Below are positions 57,917-64,000 of a DNA stretch of 64,000 nucleotides, piece after piece (the stretch's first letter is position 1; the number at the start of each line of letters is the position of its first letter). The stretch spans positions 32,055 through 96,054 of the forward strand of contig CAYQQR010000009.1 of NCBI GenBank assembly GCA_964420035.1. Direction: 5' to 3'. Source of the stretch: an uncultured Bacteroidaceae bacterium (lineage in GTDB: Bacteria > Bacteroidota > Bacteroidia > Bacteroidales > SM23-62). The position numbers were made by a program, and so were the translations under genes. Below the pieces are notes generated by a model that searched no databases, was not told the DNA's origin, and saw nothing but the letters and a program-made list of their open reading frames with translations.

Positions 57917-59185
57917 ATGAAAGAGATTTTTATAACCATACTGGTTCTTGCTATTTCGCCCGGGATGCTTGCCCAGGAAATCAATTACGGTGAATCCCGG
58001 GTTCCGGACTATGAATTACCCGAACTGCTTGTCGTGTACTGCGGCAAAGAAGTAAGATCTTCCGTTGCCTGGGAAATGGTTCGAAGGCAGGAGATCATGA
58101 AGCATTTCGAAAAACTTGTATATGGACAACCGCCCCGCGGCGAATTCGAGCTGGAGGTTGTCAGGACAGAGGATTATACCCCGGCCCTCCAGGGCAGAGC
58201 GGTCCGTAAACAGGTTGAGCTTAAAGTTGCCCGGAATGGAAAAAGTCAGAGCATGGATCTACTGATCTACCTGCCGGCCGGTGCGGACGGTCCTGTGCCG
58301 CTTTTCCTGGGTTTTAATTTTTACGGGAACCACACGATCATTAAAGATACGGCCCTGTGGATCCCCGGTTCCTGGGTCAGGAACATCCCTGATTTCGACA
58401 TACTGGATAACCGGGCCACCGAATACTCCCGCGGCTTGCGTAATTACCGCTGGCCGGTGGACAGGATCCTGTCCAGGGGATACGGATTGGCGGTCCTGTA
58501 TTACGGGGACATTGACCCGGATTATGACGACGGATATCAAAACGGAGTACATGCCCTGTACCCTGAAAAACCAGGGGATGGTTCATACTGGGGCTCTATT
58601 GCCGCCTGGGCCTGGGGACTGTCCCGGGCTATGGATTACCTCCAGGAGGATCCCAGGATCGATGGTAAAAAGGTTGCAGTGATCGGTCATTCAAGACTTG
58701 GAAAAACCGCACTCTGGGCCGGGGCGCGGGATGAACGTTTTGCCCTGGTGATCTCCAATAATTCCGGTTGCGGCGGTGCGGCGCTTTCCCGCAGGATGTT
58801 CGGCGAAACCGTGGAAAGGATCAACGCCACATTCTCCCACTGGTTCTGCAGTAATTTTCATAAGTACAACGACCGGGTCGCTGACCTGCCCGTGGACCAG
58901 CATATGCTGATCGCCCTGATCGCACCCCGGCCGGTCTATGTGGCCAGTGCAGAGGATGATCTCTGGGCCGATCCCTACGGGGAATATCTTTCCTGTTATC
59001 ATGCAGCGAAAGTCTATGAACTCTATGATGCCGCACCGGAATGGTCCCCGGACCCTCCCAGAGTGAATCAGGTACTCATGGACGGTAATATGGGATATCA
59101 CAAGCGCAGCGGTGTGCATAATCTGACCTTCTGGGATTGGGAACAGTACCTGGATTTCGCGGACAGGCATTTCTCCGGTGAGTAA
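57917..59185 (+). CDS. CE15-like glucuronoyl esterase
   Basis: Signal peptide and the serine-nucleophile block GHSRLGKTALWAGARDERFALVISNNSGCGGAAL. Size about 420 aa. Confidence 0.65.
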   Translation: MKEIFITILVLAISPGMLAQEINYGESRVPDYELPELLVVYCGKEVRSSVAWEMVRRQEIMKHFEKLVYGQPPRGEFELEVVRTEDYTPALQGRAVRKQVELKVARNGKSQSMDLLIYLPAGADGPVPLFLGFNFYGNHTIIKDTALWIPGSWVRNIPDFDILDNRATEYSRGLRNYRWPVDRILSRGYGLAVLYYGDIDPDYDDGYQNGVHALYPEKPGDGSYWGSIAAWAWGLSRAMDYLQEDPRIDGKKVAVIGHSRLGKTALWAGARDERFALVISNNSGCGGAALSRRMFGETVERINATFSHWFCSNFHKYNDRVADLPVDQHMLIALIAPRPVYVASAEDDLWADPYGEYLSCYHAAKVYELYDAAPEWSPDPPRVNQVLMDGNMGYHKRSGVHNLTFWDWEQYLDFADRHFSGE

Positions 59186-59204
59186 AGAAAATACATAAAC
59201 TATT

Positions 59205-59270
59205 ATTCCTACTGCCGCTGCTGCCGCTCTTTGGCTCTTTAGTATTGCCTCCCTGCCTTCCTGTATTATT
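59205..59270. repeat. period-7 array between convergent genes
   Basis: ttcctac|tgccgct|gctgccg|ctctttg|gctcttt|agtattg|cctccct|gccttcc. Shares ctctttggctc with 61141-61151. Confidence 0.65.
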
Positions 59271-59319
59271 TACATTGTATTTCCAGAAGAATAGTGTTGA
59301 CAAGAATCTTAAATTGTAT

Positions 59320-60192
59320 TTATCTTCCCCAATATTCCTTCCACATATTTTCAATTAATGGTAAGGGTGTTATTCTTCTGCTTTTTAAAATCAACCAGGA
59401 ACATAACAACATCAGTATCAATGCGGGAATCCCCGCTTCGGGACCATAAGCCCCTCCTGTAATTAATTCAGGTCCCTTGTCCCTTACCTCCATCAAAGAG
59501 GAGGATACGGAGGTGCCGCTTACAGGCATTGAGAATATATTCCTCATGAAAAAGTTCCAGCCAAAATGCAGTCCGGAAGGAAGTAAAAGTGACCTGGTTT
59601 TTACATAACAAATGGCATGCATACCGCCAAACACACTCAGGTTAATACCTGTCAGCCAATTGGAATGGGGAGTTAAAAGATGTCCAATACCAAAAACAAC
59701 TGATGTTACCAGGATAGCAATGAATAAAGTGGTCCCTTCAATGAGATTTTGAAGAATATATCCCCGAAAGAATAATTCCTCAAATGCAGTCTGAAAGACT
59801 GAAGTTATTAATGCTATGACCAGGATATCTTTCAGTAAAGGATACGAAAAGGGTTTTAGTTCAACCTCAATGTACCCCGGTATAACATAAATCAGGAATA
59901 ACAATAAAACAAGCACAAATCCTATTGTCACTCCAATCAGATATTCTTTCAGGGCCCTTGAACGGAGATAGAATCCAATTGTAATGATCGGCCTGCCATC
60001 CAGGAACCTGGCCGCTATGAATGAAAAGCCCAACAAAAGCGAGAAAATTATTATGTACCTGATCAACAACTCTTCCCAAAAGAGGATAGTCAAATAATAC
60101 AGGGAAGGGAAGACTACCAGCAGAAATATCAGAAGTCTCCAGCCAGTTCTGAGACGGTGGTTTTGTTTAAATATATCCCTGATCCGTTTCAT
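59320..60192 (-). CDS. CPBP-family intramembrane glutamic endopeptidase (CAAX protease/Abi family)
   Basis: Polytopic, with the EELFFRGY motif and a downstream FGIGH histidine motif. Confidence 0.8.
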   Translation of the reverse strand: MKRIRDIFKQNHRLRTGWRLLIFLLVVFPSLYYLTILFWEELLIRYIIIFSLLLGFSFIAARFLDGRPIITIGFYLRSRALKEYLIGVTIGFVLVLLLFLIYVIPGYIEVELKPFSYPLLKDILVIALITSVFQTAFEELFFRGYILQNLIEGTTLFIAILVTSVVFGIGHLLTPHSNWLTGINLSVFGGMHAICYVKTRSLLLPSGLHFGWNFFMRNIFSMPVSGTSVSSSLMEVRDKGPELITGGAYGPEAGIPALILMLLCSWLILKSRRITPLPLIENMWKEYWGR

Positions 60193-60387
60193 ATGGACAA
60201 GTTACGAAATCATGCAATAAACCCTTGCTCAAGAAGCCCGGAAGTCTGTTTGTAGTTTTTCAGGACTGCCAATGCAAACTGCTACTGTCACTGTTCCATG
60301 GACGAACCACCAATTCGTTTATTTTATTAATCCTGAGGCAATGAGACGTTGAGACTCTGAGACAAATTCTATCTTTGTTAAAAAAAT

Positions 60388-61125
60388 ATGACCATGAAAA
60401 ACCTGATATTTTTCCTGATAACATTTTTTCTGGTTTCCTGTACCACGGAGACTCCGAAAAAGATCCTGGTGGTTACCGGCGGACATTCATACGATACCAC
60501 GGCGTTCGTGGAAATGTTCCGTTCCATGGAAGGAATTGAATTTGATACTGTCATCCAGCCCCGGGCCAACCGGGTGATCACTTCTGATACCATTGATCAC
60601 TACGATGCCCTGGTTTTCTACGATATGTGGCAGGATATCACCGGACCGGAGAAACAGGCTTATCTGAACCTTCTGGAAAAGGGCATGGGCATGGTCTTTC
60701 TGCATCACTCCCTGGTGTCCTACCAGGAATGGCCGGAATTTCGCGAGATCATCGGGGGCCGGTACATTAACGATATCATCCCGGAAGATTCCCTGCGCAT
60801 GTCGGGTTTTAAACACGATATCGACCTGGAATACCGGATAGTGGACCCCCTGCATCCGGTGACTTCAGGAATGCGGGTGTTCAATCTGCATGATGAAGGA
60901 TACATTGATTTCGAGGTAGGGGAGGGGATGGCCCCCCTGCTCACAACCCAGCACCCCGACAGCGATTCCCTGGTCGGCTGGACCCATGAATACCGCAATT
61001 TCAGTATCGTATACCTTCAACCCGGTCATGATAAGCAGGCCTTCGAATATCCCAACTATCGAAAACTGGTAAAGCAGGCGATAGAATATGTGGCAGGGAA
61101 CCAGGGGCTGCTCGCTCCGCTGTAA
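60388..61125 (+). CDS. ThuA-domain lipoprotein
   Basis: Lipobox LVSC. KILVVTGGHSYDTTAFVEMF and LFLHH-type blocks typical of ThuA-like proteins. Confidence 0.6.
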   Translation: MTMKNLIFFLITFFLVSCTTETPKKILVVTGGHSYDTTAFVEMFRSMEGIEFDTVIQPRANRVITSDTIDHYDALVFYDMWQDITGPEKQAYLNLLEKGMGMVFLHHSLVSYQEWPEFREIIGGRYINDIIPEDSLRMSGFKHDIDLEYRIVDPLHPVTSGMRVFNLHDEGYIDFEVGEGMAPLLTTQHPDSDSLVGWTHEYRNFSIVYLQPGHDKQAFEYPNYRKLVKQAIEYVAGNQGLLAPL

Positions 61126-61410
61126 CTATGTTGCTCTTCTGCTCTTTGGCTCTTAAGCTCTTCACACCCACACCCAATCCCCACACCCTCATTTTGAATC
61201 GCGGATTTCGTTCAGGATTTCTGATTTAGAATTTAGAATTTCTTCCTCGCGTCCTTCGCGCCTTCTTTGCGCTCTTCGCGGTTCAATATTTTAGCGTCTC
61301 AATGTCTCAGGTCCAGGGACCAGTGGCCAGGGACCATAAGCCAGGAACAACTGCATGACTGCCTCCTGCCACCCCAAATCTTTAAATCCTAAAATCACTT
61401 AAAGCCTAAA
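61126..61410. repeat. long composite spacer of concatenated period-7 words, including copy 3 of the 55-bp element (61145-61199)
   Basis: tgctctt|ctgctct|ttggctc|ttaagct|cttcaca|cccacac|ccaatcc|ccacacc|ctcattt ... gatttag|aatttag|aatttct|tcctcgc|gtccttc|gcgcctt|ctttgcg|ctcttcg ... cagggac|cagtggc|cagggac|cataagc|caggaac ... aaatcct|aaaatca|cttaaag|cctaaaa. Confidence 0.85.
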
Positions 61411-61457
61411 ACTGGCATATTCTTTGCATCACATTACCGGACCCATTCTTCTTCATC

Positions 61458-61895
61458 ATGAAAAAATTCATCATTCTGTTATTGGGAATGCTCATGACCT
61501 CCGGGGCCTTCTCCCAGGTATTCACCTATCGCTACAATCCCTACACGGGTATGAACAAAGACCAGCTGGAGCTGGCCCTGGAACAGGCCCATAAAATGAA
61601 ACGCAACGGTATGATCTGGACCGGGGTGGGGACCGGTATGCTGGTCGGCGGAGGCATCATGATGCCGGACGGGATTCAGGGCCTGACCGGTGATGGAACC
61701 TACGATGCCCTGAACTTCGGGGCCGGACTGGGAATCATGACCCTAAGCGGTTTTCCTCTGGGATACGGACTCTATGCCTGGATCGCCGGAAACGAAAGAG
61801 CCAACATGATCGAGATCGAACTGCTGGCTTTTGATAAGGGGAAGCTCAAGCTTGAACCCACAAAAAACGGGATAGGATTGGTGTATAAGTTTTGA
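61458..61895 (+). CDS. hypothetical secreted/membrane protein
   Basis: Signal peptide MKKFIILLLGMLMTSGAFSQ and two Gly-rich hydrophobic segments. Confidence 0.5.
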   Translation: MKKFIILLLGMLMTSGAFSQVFTYRYNPYTGMNKDQLELALEQAHKMKRNGMIWTGVGTGMLVGGGIMMPDGIQGLTGDGTYDALNFGAGLGIMTLSGFPLGYGLYAWIAGNERANMIEIELLAFDKGKLKLEPTKNGIGLVYKF

Positions 61896-61976
61896 TTATG
61901 GTAACTTGTCGCAGGCTTCTGGAACTAAATTTGCATGAAACAGGGTGGATTATTGGATTAAAAACTATACTATACC

Positions 61977-62192
61977 ATGATACAACATGACCCCAGACCC
62001 GGCAGAATCGTTTTGTTCATGTGGCTGCTGACCGTACTGATCAGTATATTTTCAGGGATACTATCGTGGAACCTGGTAGACCCGGACAGTTTCTGGGGCG
62101 GACTGCTCTTCCTGATCCTTTGGGGAATTCTCTCCAAGCTGGGGCATTTTATCTGCTTCAGCTTTCTCATTGATATATTCAGGAGATGGTAG
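61977..62192 (+). CDS. hypothetical small two-TM membrane protein
   Basis: 71-aa ORF with two hydrophobic helices. No other support. Confidence 0.3.
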   Translation: MIQHDPRPGRIVLFMWLLTVLISIFSGILSWNLVDPDSFWGGLLFLILWGILSKLGHFICFSFLIDIFRRW

Positions 62193-62269
62193 TTTGTACT
62201 GGACTTTTGTGACTTTAAGCTTATAATTAGGATTTTACAGTTTCCCGTTCGCCCAAATACTCGGGATCA

Positions 62270-62340
62270 CTGCTTCTCACTTCGCTGATACTTACTGCTT
62301 CCTGCTACTTACTACTTCTCCTAATAATTACTAACTTTCA
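62270..62340. repeat. period-7 array (TACTGCT/TACTACT word)
   Basis: cactgct|tctcact|tcgctga|tacttac|tgcttcc|tgctact|tactact|tctccta|ataatta|ctaactt. Confidence 0.7.
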
Positions 62341-62343
62341 TAC

Positions 62344-62850
62344 ATGATTCGGTGCGCAACATTTCTATTCATCGCTCGTGTTTTACTTCTCGCTAAACCA
62401 GCAATGGCGGATGTCTTTCCCGTTTCCTCAAAAACCCTCGGGGGAATTTCTTTTTCCATTGAGCTCCTGGGCTCTTATGAGATCGGGTTGGGATCGGATT
62501 TTGCCTTGCTGGCCTGGGGTGGGGGAGCCACGGTGTTCTCGCCTTACGGTGCGGAATTTTTTGCCGGGCCGGAAGCGGCATTGGAAGTAAGAAAATACTT
62601 CGCGAGAAAGGATAACATGGCCTGGGCATTCAGCTTTTATTCCGGGGTAGCCTACAATTACCTGGATGAACCCTACGGGGCATTTACACCAGGAATAAAA
62701 CTGACCCGGAAAATCTCCCACAACCGGCTGATGCAGTCGGAACCCTATATCAGTCTGTCCTATCCCTTCTACTCAGACGGGGAACGACCCTACCTGCCGG
62801 TCCTGACCTTCGGGTATCGCTTTGTTCTGGAATGGGGCCCCAAGGTATAA
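62344..62850 (+). CDS. hypothetical secreted protein (possible small beta-barrel)
   Basis: Signal peptide and alternating aromatic/Gly strands. 168 aa. Confidence 0.45.
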   Translation: MIRCATFLFIARVLLLAKPAMADVFPVSSKTLGGISFSIELLGSYEIGLGSDFALLAWGGGATVFSPYGAEFFAGPEAALEVRKYFARKDNMAWAFSFYSGVAYNYLDEPYGAFTPGIKLTRKISHNRLMQSEPYISLSYPFYSDGERPYLPVLTFGYRFVLEWGPKV

Positions 62851-63082
62851 ACGATTAAGAGCATTAGAGCTGAAGTGCTGTTATGCAATCCTCATGCAGT
62901 TGACATGCGATTGCCATACGATTGTTTCTGGCTATTAATAAAGATTACGGGAAACGTTAATAATACTACAGCCTGAAAGACTAGACCACTAGATCAGGGC
63001 AGAGACCATGCGGCAATCCCAGTACCGAATTCTCCTCCTCGCTGAGGACGGAACAATCTTAAAACCTTAAATCCTTAAAACT
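62851..63082. repeat. composite word-array spacer between convergent genes
   Basis: atgcaat|cctcatg|cagttga|catgcga|ttgccat|acgattg|tttctgg ... tcttaaa|accttaa|atcctta|aaacttc. The CCTTAAA word is also at 53595-53612 and 61381-61410. Confidence 0.65.
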
Positions 63083-64000
63083 TCAATCTTTTATACAACG
63101 TACCGACATGCCCCGGGCCTTGTTGGATTCATTATAGCCGTAAAGTGAAGCACTGGCGGAGCTGTAGTATAACTGGAAGGGGTATATGTTAGAATTCGGG
63201 GCTTCGGTGGAGGTCCAGAAATAGGCTGTTTCACGCAGGTGCCTGAAATTACCATCCGTAGTTCTTTCTCCTGCACCCCGTGCGCTGAAACGGCTTGTGT
63301 TCTTACCGATAACGGGTGGGTCGGATGCGTAATTCTTCCAATAAGTGGTGCCAATTTCCTTTAGTTTGGTACCCACGCCCGGACCGCCCTGAAGGAAGTT
63401 TTGCAGTTCACTGTATTCGGTCTGAGAGGGCAGGTGCCACCCGGCCGGACAGACCTCCTGGGCAGTTTCCCGGTTGTATAACCTTCCATAATCTTCAGCA
63501 TGGACCGTACTGTCATCATTATAGTACCAGGAACCTTCCGGGGTGCAGTAATTCAGGTTCTCAGCCATCCAGACCCGGTCGTTCAATTCGATGTACATAT
63601 AACTTTGACCGTCCCGTTCGTCGATGAATTCTCCCGCGGTATAGTCGATTGTTTCGCACGGACCGATGGCGATCCAGTTAATGTAGGCTATACCGGAATA
63701 GCTTGAACTGTCCTTCCAGAAAACAGTAAAACGATCTTCATTTACCTGTGTGACCTGCTCTGAAGTAGATCTTAAACCGCTGCAATTCGGTGTTAAGATA
63801 CATTCCAGGGAAAAGCTTACCATGGGAGGCCGGGAAAATTTTTTATTAAAATAAATGGTATACCGGTTGTCCAGGTCATCCGATAAATAAGTCTGACCAT
63901 CCCCAAATTTACCCTGATCGATGCAATATCCGTTGAAGCGGATCTCCCCGTTTACATCCATGGCCGCCTTGGGATCATCCGTTCCTATACCCACACGACC
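63083..64000 (-). CDS. FISUMP (Fibrobacter succinogenes major paralogous) domain protein, N-terminus outside the window
   Basis: The C-terminal block DERDGQSYMYIELNDRVWMAENLNY...YGRLYNRETAQEVCPAGWHLPSQTEYSELQNFL...AYFWTSTE fits FISUMP. The reading frame is open to the window end, and the track start at 63994 is a GTG inside the VGIGTDDPKAAMDVNG motif. Confidence 0.8.
   Translation of the reverse strand, partial: GRVGIGTDDPKAAMDVNGEIRFNGYCIDQGKFGDGQTYLSDDLDNRYTIYFNKKFSRPPMVSFSLECILTPNCSGLRSTSEQVTQVNEDRFTVFWKDSSSYSGIAYINWIAIGPCETIDYTAGEFIDERDGQSYMYIELNDRVWMAENLNYCTPEGSWYYNDDSTVHAEDYGRLYNRETAQEVCPAGWHLPSQTEYSELQNFLQGGPGVGTKLKEIGTTYWKNYASDPPVIGKNTSRFSARGAGERTTDGNFRHLRETAYFWTSTEAPNSNIYPFQLYYSSASASLYGYNESNKARGMSVRCIKD

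Overview
This is a 64-kb chromosomal segment from a Bacteroidota genome, and nearly all of it is coding. The phylum call rests on a T9SS type-B cargo plus PorP/SprF pair, DUF1573, DUF3276 and DUF5606 proteins, a long NusB, many lipoproteins and TAnnTTTG-type promoter boxes. All calls come from reading the ORF translations and the DNA by eye; no searches were run.

Gene content by region:
- 0-24 kb, housekeeping: lolA-like, ftsK, arcC-argF, an RRM protein, nusB, yajC, coaE, mazG, phoH, purC, class II photolyase and an SLC12-like transporter.
- 24-37 kb, accessory: a roughly 1490-aa T9SS type-B adhesin with its PorP/SprF partner. It is followed by a same-strand block of ankyrin/beta-barrel protein, lipoprotein, sigma factor, membrane TPR protein, C39-peptidase ABC exporter and HlyD, with no visible cargo peptide.
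- 37-61 kb, carbohydrate island: xylA, xylB, an anSME-type radical SAM maturase with a SEC-C tail, a PAS histidine kinase, a TRAP transporter, eda, kduI, DUF4861, GH3, an internally deleted GH30 pseudogene, an AT-rich AAA/DUF234 ATPase insertion, a Cys-type sulfatase, GH94, CE15 and ThuA.
- 61-64 kb: small secreted or membrane proteins and a FISUMP-domain protein that runs off the window.

The most unusual signal is non-coding. Most spacers downstream of genes are built from degenerate period-7 micro-tandem arrays, plus one 11-mer array. These use a small shared vocabulary of words: GGTTTCT, CGTAACC, AGAATTT, CACACCC, CCTTAAA, TGAGAC. One composite 55-bp element is present in 3 copies, and some arrays overlap or supply stop codons.

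No rRNA, tRNA, CRISPR array, integrase or transposase was recognised.
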